From an uncultured bacterium (lineage in GTDB: Bacteria > Babelota > Babeliae > Babelales > Vermiphilaceae): a stretch of 64,000 nt of DNA. Below are positions 20,801 through 33,900 of the stretch, piece by piece. A model generated the notes under the pieces. That model was not told the origin of the DNA. It did no database searches and saw nothing but the letters and a program-made list of their open reading frames with translations. A program made the translations under genes and the position numbers. Numbering within the stretch: the stretch's first letter is position 1; every line of letters begins with the position of its first letter. The stretch lies in the NCBI GenBank assembly GCA_963707655.1, contig OY970172.1, forward strand, positions 416,001 through 480,000, read 5' to 3'.

Positions 20801-21748
20801 ACTGCTATTGGTTACAATGCACTTACCGCTAATAGTACTGGTAGCGCCAATACCGCTGTTGGCTACAATGCGCTTGCATCTAACACGACCGGCGTGAGCA
20901 ATTCAGCTATCGGTGAGGCGGCACTCTTTGCGAACATGACTGGCGGATTCAATACCGCCCTTGGCGTAAGTGCCCTGTCTGCAAACGTATCCGGTTCTCA
21001 AAATACCGCCCTTGGCGTAAGTGCCCTGTCTGCAAACCCATCCGGTTCTAATAACACTGGAGTAGGTTATTGGGCGGGCCAAAGTCTTACGACAGGCAGT
21101 AACAATATTTTTGTAGGCGATTTATCCGGCGGCGCAATGACAAACGGCAGCGGAAACGTGATAATTGGTGTCAATTCAGTACCGGGCACCGGTGCCACAG
21201 CGTGGAACAATAATATATATCTGGGAAATGGTATCACTAATACCGCAGACTCGAACTACATAAGAATAGGAACTCCATCGATTACTTACAATGGATGCTT
21301 CATTCAGGGCATATATGGCGTGGCGGCCACCGGAGCCGGCGTTACGGTCACTAGCAGCGGACAACTGGGCGGCATTATTTCATCCCGCCGCTATAAAGAT
21401 GACATTGTATCACTCAGTCCCGTAACAGACAAGCTTGCACAGCTCAATCCGGTCAGCTTTGCCTATAAAACTGATGACAATAAAACTAAGAACTATGGGC
21501 TCATTGCAGAAGAAGTAGAAGAAATTGATCGCTCATTGGTCATGTACAACGATAACGGCTCCCCTGAGACCGTCTACTACCAGTTCCTGCCACCATTGCT
21601 CCTCAAGGGTTGGCAAGAATTACATGCTCATATGCAGGAGCAAGATGCAGTAATCAAAAAACAAGAAGGTGACATTAACAGGCTGACACAAGAATCTGAA
21701 AACCAACTTGCGATGATTAATGAGTTGTATGCAAAAATAATTGGATAA
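14889..21748 (+). CDS. Giant secreted tail-fibre-like protein 1 (~2,285 aa; joins ORFs 14889-18041, 18208-19488, 19403-21748)
   Basis: Signal peptide; VxxGGTG / GQVLTSNG shaft repeats; NTAxGxxAL beta-roll repeats; C-terminal SSRRYKDDI...LNPVSF...YGLIAEEV (Peptidase_S74-type) plus coiled coil. Indels located by comparison with paralogous blocks: ~18005-18080 net +1, ~19444 +1. Confidence 0.85.
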
Positions 21749-21766
21749 CATTTTTTAAGCGCGGTA

Positions 21767-21803
21767 AGGGGCCAGTTTGATATCAAGCTGGCCCCTCTTT
21801 TTT
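21767..21803 (+). terminator. Intrinsic terminator after giant gene 1
   Basis: AGGGGCCAGTTTGA-TA-TCAAGCTGGCCCCT followed by CTTTTTT. Confidence 0.85.
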
Positions 21804-21991
21804 ATGGTCACAACCCCCTGTGTTATTAATGCCACAATCTAGCCAGTGTACTTGGTTTTTAAAATAATTGATGAAATTTTAATCTATTTTTCCTACCACA
21901 TAAATATTATTTCTCACTTGCCATTGCGAAAAAAATATATAAGTATTAATCCAAAAGTAATGATGAAAAATATCCCCAAAAAAGGAAAAGT

Positions 21992-24900
21992 ATGAACATT
22001 GTATTGCGCGTTTTTTTAATGAGTACCATAGTACTTTCTGTAAGCATCGCTGCGCCCGCTGTACCGGACCCGATTGCGTCACAAGACACACAAGAAAAGC
22101 AGATTATCCTACCAACCGGGGCAACACAAGCTCTGGTGCAATTATCTGAAATTATTAAATCTGACCCGACAAGAAAAATGTATGGCTCACTTGCATCGAT
22201 GAATCAAAGTGCAGCTTTTCAAGACGCTGCAGCAGTGAACAGCTGCTTACAAGAGGCCTGTGTAATTATTGATGACTTACTTGCCGATCCGCAGTCTGAT
22301 GCAACACTCAAAATAACACTTATACGTATAAAAAATATCATCATAGCGCATGAGTTAGCACTGAACGCAGAAGAAGCAGATGAAGAAAGCACACGCATGC
22401 GCCCATACAATACGCCGGCAGCTTTTTACGGTTCGGTAGCTATTAATGACCCGGCAGGAAATCCGGCATTATTGGTCGACGGACCAACGAGCCTGAGCGA
22501 ACTGGCCGCCGGTGTTATTACGGCGCAAACAATTGCTATTGATACCGCTTCATTTACTGATCTCACTGCTGATAATTTAACCGCAGTCGATTCATTTGCC
22601 TTGGATTATGCAACGCCGGGAGATTTTCTTTATGTAAGTCCTAACGGCACCATTGTTTCACGCACAGTAATTCCCGGATCCGGTGTTCAATCGGTCAACA
22701 GCGGCAATAATATTTCTGTTAACAACACGTCGCCCAACGCACCGATAGTAAATGTTGCCGGTACCACAACCAATGCGCTACAAGTTGGTAGTCCAAATGG
22801 GGCACTGCATTCATTATCATTTGGTACAACCGGCCAAATATTAACATCAAATGGCGCAAACAATTCTCCTTCATGGCAAGCAGCGCCTTCTTCAAATGTT
22901 ACCATTACCGGTGATACGGGAGGTGCATTAACCGGAGACAGCTTCACCTTTACCGGCGGCACGACCGGTTTAAAATTTAACGGGACGGGAGCAACGGAAA
23001 CATTAAGTGGTACATTAGCTGTTGCAAGTGGTGGTACGGGGACAATAACCTTTGCAACATATGCACCGGTGATCGGTGGCGTAACAAATCAAGGAGCATT
23101 GCAAAGCGCGTCAACCGGTCAATCGATAGCTGGCTCTGTTTTCACCAGTAACGGTTCAGGGGCGGCGCCAAGCTGGCAACCGATCAGTGCAACCGGCGCG
23201 GTAACATCAGTAAAAGCGGGCAATAATATATCTGTCACCGGCACCGCAACATCACCTACGATAAGTGTTGCAGGCACCACAACCAATGCGGTGCAGATCG
23301 GTAATTCATCAGGATCATTAACATCGCTAGCTCTGGGCAGCAATGGCCAAGTATTACTGGGTGCAACAGGAGCAGCGCCTGCTTTTGCGTCGCTCACGTC
23401 TGCCGGCGGCACAGTCACGTTCACTCCCGGTACAAATTCATTGAGTATCGATGTAACCGCTCCTTTGAATGTTTCTCATGGCGGTACCGGATTAACGAGC
23501 ATTTCACAATATAATGTATTGGTCGGTAACGGCACTTCGGCAATAGCAACTATTGTTCCATCAACAACCATCGGCATTCCGTTAATTTCCAACGGCGTTG
23601 CAGCACAACCTTCATTTGGCACAGCCGTAGTAGCGGGTGGCGGTACGGGTGAGACAAGTTTCACTTCATACGCACCAATTGTTGGCGGAACAACGGGAAC
23701 AGGAGCACTCCAAAGTGCATCAACGGGACAATCGAATAATGGCTATGTTTTCACCAGCAATGGCTCATCTGCTGTTCCTTCTTGGCAGCCGGTTAGCGCA
23801 AGTGGTGCAGTAACCACGGTTGTCGGTGGAACCGGTATAAATATTACCGGCACTACAACTGCTCCTATCGTAAATCTTAATTCTCCCGTCACTGTGTCTC
23901 ATGGCGGTACTGGCTTATCATCACTCGCAGCACACAATCTTTTAGTCGGTGAGGGAACCGCACAAGTTGCTCTGATTGCTCCGGGCTCTGCTGGTCAAGT
24001 ATTAATATCCAACGGTGCAAGCGCGGATCCTTCATTCGGCACAGCAACCGTTCCCGGCGGGGGTACCGGACAAACCAGTTTTACGGCTCATACTGTTTTG
24101 CTTGGTGAAGGGGCCTCATCTATCGCTTCTGCCGGTCCAGGAAATGCCGGCCAGATATTGGTAGCTGCCGGCGCATCGGCCGATCCTGCATTTGTAACAC
24201 CAACTGCGGGCACCGGATTATCTTTGAGTTCCAATTCAACCACATTGCAATATTCATTGTCTATTCCTGTTGCTATCGCCAGCGGCGGAACCAATGCAAC
24301 ATCTATGGCCAATACTGATGGAGTTGTCTATTTTGACGGCACCAAGTTGAATACCACTGCTGTTGGCGCAGCCGATTATATATTGACTTCTAATGGTTCT
24401 GGCAATGCGCCCTCTTTTCAACCGGCGAGCACCTCGGTCTCGTAACTTCAGTGAAGCCCGGCAATAATATATCTGTCACCGGCACCGCAACGTCTCCGAT
24501 AGTTAACGTTGCAGGCACCACAACAAATGCCGTGCAGATCGGCAATGCTTCCGGATCACTAACCTCATTAAATGTCGGAAGCAGTGGACAAGTATTGCTC
24601 GGCGCAACCGGAGCGGCACCCGCTTTTGCTTCGCTCACATCTACCGGCGGCACACTCACGTTTACTCCCGGAGTCAATTCATTGAGTATCGATGTAACCG
24701 CACCCTTGAATGTTTCTCATGGCGGCACTGGATTAACGACAATATCCCAATACAACCTTCTCACTGGCAATAATACTTCAGCTCTTTCACTCATTGCTCC
24801 ATCATCAACAAGCGGCATTCCGTTAATTTCTAACGGCGTTGCAGCACAACCTTCATTTGGCACAGCCGTAGTGGCGGGTGGGGGTACCGGTCAGACGAGT

Positions 24901-27900
24901 TTCAATCCCTATGCTCCCGTAGTCGGCGGAGCAACAGCGACTACAGCCTTACAAAGCGCTTCAACGGGACAATCGAATAATGGCTATGTTTTCACCAGCA
25001 ATGGCTCATCTGCTGTACCTACATGGCAACCAGTTAGTGCTAGTGGTGCGGTCACCACGGTCATCGGCGGCACCGGTATCAACATTACCGGCACTACAAC
25101 TGCTCCTGTCGTAAATCTTAATTCTCCCGTTACTGTGTCTCATGGCGGTACCGGCTTATCATCACTCACGGCACACAATCTTTTAGTCGGTGAAGGAACT
25201 GCACAAGTTGCTCTGATTGCTCCGGGATCTGCCGGTCAAGTATTAATCTCCAACGGTGCAAGTGCAGATCCTTCATTTGGCATAGCAACCGTTCCCGGCG
25301 GCGGTACCGGACAAACCAGTTTTACGGCTCATGCTGTCTTGCTTGGTGAAGGAGCCTCATCTATCGCTTCTGCAGGTCCAGGAAATGCCGGTCAGATATT
25401 GGTGGCTGCCGGTGCATCGGCCGATCCTGCATTTGTAACACCAACTGCGGGCACCGGATTATCTCTAAGTTCCAATTCAACCACATTGCAATATTCACTC
25501 TCAGTACCGGTAGCAATAGCAAGCGGCGGTACCAATGCAACATCTATGGCCAATACTGATGGAGTTGTCTATTTTGATGGCACCAAATTAAATACCACCG
25601 CTGTTGGCGCAGCGGATTACATATTGACCTCTAATGGTTCCGGCAATGCGCCATCTTTTCAACCGGCAAGCACTCTTGGTCTCGTAACTTCAGTAAAGCC
25701 CGGCAATAATATATCTGTCACCGGCACCGCAACATCTCCGGTGGTTAATGTTGCAGGCACCACAACAAATGCGGTGCAGATCGGTAATTCATCAGGATCA
25801 TTAACATCGTTAGATCTTGGCAGCAATGGCCAAGTATTACTGGGTGCAACAGGATCAGTACCCGCTTTTGCGTCGCTCACGTCCGCCGGCGGCACACTCA
25901 CATTCACTCCCGGTGCAAATTCATTGAGTATCGATGTAACCGCACCCTTGAATGTTTCTCATGGCGGCACTGGATTAACGGCAATATCCCAATACAACCT
26001 TCTCACTGGCAATAATACTTCTGCTCTTTCACTCATTACTCCATCATCAACAAGTCGGTATTCCGTTAATTTCTAATGGCGTTGCAGCACAACCTTCATT
26101 TGGCACAGCCGTAGTAGCAGGTGGCGGCACCGGTCAGACGAGTTTCAATCCCTATGCTCCCGTAGTCGGCGGAGCAACAGCGACTACAGCCTTACAAAGC
26201 GCTTCAACGGGACAATCAAATAATGGTTATATTTTCACGAGTAATGGCTCATCTGCTGCTCCTTCATGGCAACCAGTTAGCGCAAGTGGTGCGGTAACCA
26301 CGGTCATCGGTGGGACCGGTATCAACATTACCGGCACTACAACTGCTCCTGTCGTAAATCTTAATTCTCCCGTTACTGTGCCTCATGGCGGTACCGGCTT
26401 ATCATCACTCACGGCACACAATCTTGTGGTTGGTGAAGGAACTGCACAAGTTGCTCTGATTGCTCCGGGATCTGCCGGTCAAGTATTAATCTCCAACGGT
26501 ACAAATGCGGATCCTTCATTTGGCATAGCAACCGTTCCCGGCGGCGGGACCGGACAAACAAGTTTTACCGCTCATACTGTTTTGCTTGGTGAAGGAGCCT
26601 CATCTATCGCTTCTGCCGGTCCAGGAAATGCGGGTCAGATATTGGTAGCTGCTGGCGCATCGGCCGATCCTGCATTTGTAACACCGACTGCGGGCACCGG
26701 ATTATCTTTAAGCTCTAATTCAACAACATTGCAATATTCACTCTCAGTGCCGGTCGCAATAGCAAGCGGAGGTACCAATGCAACATCTATGGCCAATACT
26801 GATGGAGTTGTCTATTTTGATGGCACCAAATTAAATACTACGCTGTTGGCACTACAAATTATGTATTAACCTCAAATGGCGCGGGCAATGCTCCCTCATT
26901 CCAAGCGGTGAGCACAAGCGGTGCAGTTACCTCGGTTAATAAAGGCAATAATATATCAATTACCGGTACTGCAACAGCGCCAGTCGTAAATGTTGCCGGA
27001 ACGGCAACCAATGCAATACAAATTGGCAGTCCAAACGGCGCGCTCCATTCATTATCCTTTGGTACAACCGGCCAAGTATTAACATCAAATGGTTCAGGCA
27101 GTTCTCCGTCATGGCAAGTGGTACCTTCTTCAAGTATTACCATTACCGGTGATACGGGAGGTGCGTTAACAGGAAATAATTTTACTTTTACCGGCGGCAC
27201 AACAGGATTAAAATTTAACGGCACAGGAACAACAGAAACATTAGGCGGTACATTAGCTGTTTCCAATGGCGGCACGGGGACAATAACCTTTGCGCCATAT
27301 GCACCGGTTATTGGTGGTGTAACAACTCAAGGAGCCCTGCAAAGCGCGTCAACTGGTCAATCAACGCCTGGCTCTGTTTTCACCAGCAATGGCTCAGGTG
27401 CGGCACCCAGCTGGGAGCCAGTAAGCGCAATAACATCAGTTCTTGCAGGGAACAATATATCAATTACCGGCTCTTCTGCAACATCACCAATCGTAAATGT
27501 TGCCGGAACAACAGACAATGCGTTACAAATTGGGAGTCCAAACGGCGCGCTTCATTCATTATCATTTGGCACGACCGGTCAAATATTAACCTCAAATGGC
27601 GCGGGAAGTTCGCCATCATGGCAAGCAGTACCTTCTTCAAGTATTACCATTACCGGTGATACGGGAGGCGCGTTAACCGGAGACAGCTTCACCTTCACCG
27701 GCGGCACAACCGGTCTAAAATTTAATGGTGCCGGCACAACAGAAACCTTAAGTGGCACATTAGCTATCGCCAATGGCGGTACCGGTGCTACAAGCCTTGC
27801 TGCCAACGGTATTATTATTTCAAATGCGGGGGGCACGACCCTTACTTCGCAACAATTAACCAACGGACAACTCTTGATCGGCAATAGCGGAAATGCTCCG

Positions 27901-30900
27901 TCTGCAGCTCAATTGACTGCCGGAACCGGTATAGTTATTACCAACGGTGCGGGAAGCATATCAATTAGTGCAAATGGCGGCGGCACAGTGCCCAATACAT
28001 TTGCTACCCCTAATGGTACTGCAACACCGGCCGGCGGTGTTATCAATATTAACGGCTCCCCATCGCAAGGTATTACTACCTCCGGCGCCGGCAATACAGT
28101 AACTATCAACGCAACCAATGCAAGCACCACTGCTAAGGGTGTCGCTTCATTTAGTCCAACAAATTTTACGGTAACCGGTGGCAATGTAGCCTCCAACAAT
28201 TTCTCTATTAATCCGGGCACCGGCTTGACCGGTGGCGGCTCATTGACTTTGGGCGGATCAACCACTATCTCATTATCTACGCCGGTTTCTGTTACCAATG
28301 GTGGTACCGGATTATCAACACTCACCGCACATAACGTGCTTCTTGGTGAAGGCACTGCAAATGTTGGCTTTGCTGCCCCACCTGCTACTACGGGCATTCC
28401 ATTAGTATCTACCGGCGTGACTAGTGACCCTGCATTTGGTACAGCATCGGTACAAGGTGGCGGCACCGGATCAACAAGTTTTACCGCCAATGCACCGGTT
28501 ATTGCCGGCGCTACCGCAACAAGCGCTCTTACTACTGCAACAACCGGCATAGCTAATAGTGGCTATGTATTTACCAGCACCGGTTCATCATCCGCGCCCA
28601 CATGGCAGCCGATCAGTGCAAGTGGTGCCGTAACTTCAATAAAAGCGGGCAACAATATATCAGTTACCGCCGGAACATCTCCTATCGTAAGCGTTGCCGG
28701 AACAACAACCAATGCGGTGCAAATCGGTAATGCTACAGGATCGTTAACATCACTTGCCGTTGGCACTAATGGCCAGGTATTGCTCGGCGCTTCCGGCGCT
28801 GCGCCTGCGTTCGGAAATCTTACCTCCACCAGTGGCACCCTTGCGTTCACCACCGGGGCAAATAGTCTAAGCATTGACGTTAATGCACCGCTGCCTATTG
28901 CCTATGGGGGCACCAATGCAACGTCAATGACCAACACTGATGGTGTTGTCTATTTTGATGGAACACTATTGAATACCACCACCGTGGGGACCTCAGGACA
29001 AGTATTAACATCACAAGGCGCAGGAATGGCGCCAACATTTACCTCATTGCCGGCATCAAGTTCAGCCGATGTTCCCAATACATTGGTAATGCGCGATAGC
29101 AGCGGTGATTTTGCCACCAACATGATTACTATTGACGGCACACCCTCAGCATCAACCGATGTTGCTACCGTTGCGTATGTGCTGGCACATGAAAGCACCG
29201 GCCTGGTGGTGCATTCTCCAGCCATACTCGTGGGTACCGTAGATGAGCCTATTGCCGGACCGGCAACTATTGATGGTTCACCCGTTGTTTCCGGCGAACG
29301 CATATTGTTAGTTGATCAGTCCACCTCAACGCAAAATGGCCTGTGGATAGCCGCGGTCGGTGGAACATCGCCTAGCTTTTCTCCTTGGTATCGCCCTGAT
29401 GATTTTTATACTGGAACTCAGGCAGGTACCGCCTATGTATTAATAACTGGCGGGCAAACCTATGCCGGCTCCAGCTGGGTCTGCTCAACACCAACGGCGA
29501 TTATTGGCTCAAGTCCCATCTTCTTCAATGAATTTTCGCTCCCCAGCCAAATAAATGGCGCCAATGTTGGCTCCGGTCCCGGACAAGTTTTTCAAAGCAA
29601 ATCGGGACTCACTCTTAATTTTAGAACTTTGACCGGTGATCCTTACATAACGGTTGGCACAACCGGGAATGAAGTTACCATCACCAGTGATGCAACTTCT
29701 CTCAATACAAGCTCTACGATTGTTGCTCGTAATAGTTCTGGCAATTTTGCTGCCGGCACTATTAGCGCAACCAATCTGGTTGATACCGGCATTAATCAAT
29801 ATGCCGTAGTGGTTGGCGGCGGCACCAATCCGTTGACAGGTATTGCGCCTTCTACCGCGGGAAGCGTATTGATATCAGGCGGTTCATCGGCCAATCCTTC
29901 ATTTGTTGTACCAACGGCAGGTACCGGCCTGGCCGTAACACAAAACGCAACAACCTTGTCATATGGGTTAGTTACACCGGTCGTTATTGCCAATGGCGGA
30001 ACCGGCTCAACATCGTTTAATCCCAATGCTATTGTTCTTTCAAACGCAGCCGGCACGGCCCTCACGTCGCAACAATTAACTAACGGACAATTACTCATCG
30101 GCAGTACCGGCGCAGCACCCTCAGCAGCTCAATTAACCGCAGGAACCGGCATATCTATTGCCAATGGCGCAGGAACTATCTCGATCAGCACCAGTGGTGC
30201 AGTTCCCGGCACATTTGTAACGCCCAATGGGGACGCAACACCAGCCGGCGGCATCATTAATATTAACGGCTCCCCATCACAAGGTATTACTACCTCCGGT
30301 GCCGGCAATACAGTCACTATCAGTGCAGCCAATGCAAGCACTACTGCTAAGGGTGTCGCTTCATTTAGTCCAACAAATTTTACGGTAACTGGTGGCAATG
30401 TGACTTCAAACCCATTTACTATCGCTGCAGGAACCGGATTGACCGGCGGCGGCTCATTCACTTTGGGCGGGTCTACCACACTCGCATTATCCACACCGGT
30501 TTCAGTTACCAATGGTGGTACCGGATTATCAACATTAACGGCACACAACGTGCTTCTTGGTGAAGGCACTTCAAATGTAGGTTTTGTTGCGCCCGGAGCA
30601 GCAGGCATCCCCTTAATTTCAAATGGCGCCAGTAGCGATCCTATATTTGGCACAGCGGTTGTAGCCGGTGGTGGCACGGGTTCAACTTCGTTTAATACTC
30701 ATGGTGTTGTCACTTCAGGCTCTTCAGCCACATCCCCTTTAACCGCGCTCACCCTAACTAACGGTCAACTGGTGATCGGTAGCACCGGAGCCGATCCAAT
30801 CGCGGCTACCTTAACTCAAGGAACCGGTATCTCTATTACCAATGGCGCAGGAAGTATTACTATCGCATCATCCGGATCGGTACCAACAATGTTTACTGAA

Positions 30901-33900
30901 AATAGCGGAACCGCAACCCCGGCAAGTAACAACTTGAATATTCTCGGCTCACCTACTCAGGGGATTACCACTGCGGGTAGCGGATCAACCATTACTATCA
31001 GCGGCATTAATGCGACATCATCACAAAAAGGTATCGCTTCGTTTAGTCCGACAAATTTTACGGTGACCGGCGGCAATGTAGTCTCCAAGATTTTCTCCAT
31101 TAATCCGGGCACTGGCTTGACCGGTGGCGGCTCATTGACTTTGGGCGGGTCAATAACCATCTCATTATCTACACCAGTTTCAGTCGCCGACGGCGGAACC
31201 GGACTATCAACATTGACCGCACACAACGTGCTTCTTGGTGAAGGCACTTTAGATGTAGCCTTTGCTGCGCCAGGAGCGGCAGGAATTCCATTAATTTCAA
31301 ATGGCGCTAGCAGCGATCCATCATTTGGCACCGCGGTTGTAGCCGGTGGTGGAACGGGCGCAACAACATTAACAACGCATAATGTGATCTTGGGTGCAGG
31401 CACCGCAGCTGTAGGCTTTGCTGCCCCAACCGCTACAACCGGTATACCGTTAATTTCTAACGGTTCTTCTGCCAATCCATCATTTGGCACCGCGGTTGTA
31501 GCCGGTGGCGGTACCGGGCAAATAAGCTTTACACCCTATGCGCCCATTATTGCCGGCGCTACTTCAACAAGCGCTCTTTTAAGCGCAACAAGCGGCATAG
31601 CAAACAGTGGTTATGTGTTCACCAGCACCGGCGCGTCAACATCACCAACATGGCAAGCGGTTCCTGCTTCAAGCATTACCGTTACCGGTGATACCGGCGG
31701 CCCGTTAACCGGAAATAGCTTCACGTTCACCGGCGGCACCACCGGATTAAAGTTCAACGGCGCAGGAACAACAGAAACATTAGGCGGTACATTAGTCGTT
31801 GCCAATGGGGGCACCGGTGCAACAACCCTTACCGGTGTTCTTATTGGCAATGGCGCATCTGCCATTACCGGCAATCCAATTACCCAATATGATGTGTTGG
31901 TTGGTGGCGCGAGTAATGCTATTAGTTCTGTTGCCCCTTCAACAACAACTGGCATACCGTTAATTTCTAATGGTTCTTCTGCCAATCCATCATTTGGTAC
32001 CGCTGTTGTAGCCGGTGGTGGAACGGGTTCAACTTCGTTTAATACTCATGGTGTTGTCACTTCAGGCTCTTCAGCCACATCCCCATTAACCGCGCTCACC
32101 TTAACTAATGGTCAACTAGTGATTGGTAGCACCGGAGCCGATCCGATCGCTGCTACATTAACTCAAGGCACCGGTATCTCTATTACCAGTGGTGCAGGCA
32201 GTATTACTATCGCATCATCCGGATCGGTACCCACAACGTTTACTGAAAACAGCGGCACCGCGACGCCGGCAAGCAATAATTTAAATCTTTTGGGCTCGCC
32301 TACTTTCGGTATTACCACTGCGGGCAGCGGGTCAACCGTTACTATCAGTGGCATTAATGCAAGCACATCCCAAAAAGGTGTCGCCTCATTTAGCCCAACC
32401 AATTTTACGGTAACTAGCGGCAACGTTGTCTCAAACAACTTTACTATCACCGCTGGCACCGGATTAACCGGTGGTGGCGCACTGACCTTGGGCGGATCAA
32501 CCACTATCTCATTATCTACACCGGTTTCAGTGACCAATGGCGGTACCGGATTATCAACATTAACGGCACATAATGTGCTTCTTGGTGAAGGCACTTCAAA
32601 TGTAGGCTTTGTTGCTCCTGGATCTGCGGGCATTCCATTAATTTCTAATGGCGCTAGCAGCGATCCTATATTTGGCACAGCTGTTGTAGCCGGTGGTGGA
32701 ACAGGCGCAACATCATTTACTTCATTCGCGCCACTTATTGGTAATGGAACAAGCGCGGTGCAAACTGCTTCCAGTGGACAATCTACTAGCGGCTACGTTT
32801 TCACCAGCACCGGTTCATCATCCGCTCCAACATGGCAGCCAGTAAGTGCAAGTGGCGCGGTAACTTCAGTAACTGGTGGCAATAATATAGCAATTACCGG
32901 CACTGCAACGGCACCAGTCGTGAACGTTGCCGGAACAACAGCCAATGCTGTGCAGGTTGGCTCTCCAAACGGCGCGCTTCATTCATTACCGGTCGGCACC
33001 AATGGCCAAGTGTTATTAGGGGCTACCGGGGCGTATCCTGCATTTGGCACCTTAACTTCTACAAGCGGCACGATCAGCTACACAACCGGCGCAAATTCAT
33101 TATCTATTGATCTTGTACCCGTTACCGTTGCTCATGGTGGCACCGGTGCAACAACTCTTACGCAATACGATGTGTTAGTCGGCAACGGTACTTCTGCGAT
33201 AACAACCGTAGCTCCTTCTGCGACAACGGGCGTTCCATTGATTTCAAACGGTTCTGCAGCTAATCCATCATTTGGCACCGCATTAGTAGCGGGTGGTGGC
33301 ACGGGTTCGACTTCATTCAATGCCAATGGAGTAGTGATTTCAGGAACAACGGGAACTTCAGCATTGAGTTCGCTCAGCTTGACTAACGGACAAGTAGTAA
33401 TTGGTAGTAGCTCCGGCGCACCTGCAGCTGCTACTTTGACAAATGGCACCGGTATTTCTATTACCAACGCGGCCAACTCTGTTACCATTGCAGCTTCTGG
33501 AGCAGTTCCTACAACGTTCACTGAAAACAGCGGCACCGCAACCCCGGCAAGCAACAACTTAAATATTATCGGATCACCTACTCAAGGCATTACCACTGCG
33601 GGCAGCGGATCAACCGTTACTATCAGTGGCATTAATGCGACATCAACACAAAAAGGTATCGCATCGTTCAATTTAACCGAGTTCACGGTAGCCTTGGGAG
33701 CTGTAACTTCAAATCCATTCACCATCACTGCCGGCACCGGCTTAACCGGCGGCGGGTCGTTGAATTTGGGTGGATCAACAACAATCTCATTATCTACACC
33801 GGTTTCAGTAGCCAATGGCGGCACCGGTTTGCCAACACTCACCGCGCACAATGTTCTTCTTGGTGAAGGCACTTCAAATGTAGGCTTTGTTGCACCCGGA

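Noticed and set aside
19560..21060. Regular short DNA repeats that could suggest a CRISPR array
   Set aside because: They are degenerate in-frame coding repeats (NTAxGxxAL, about 16-17 aa) without unique spacers; no cas genes.
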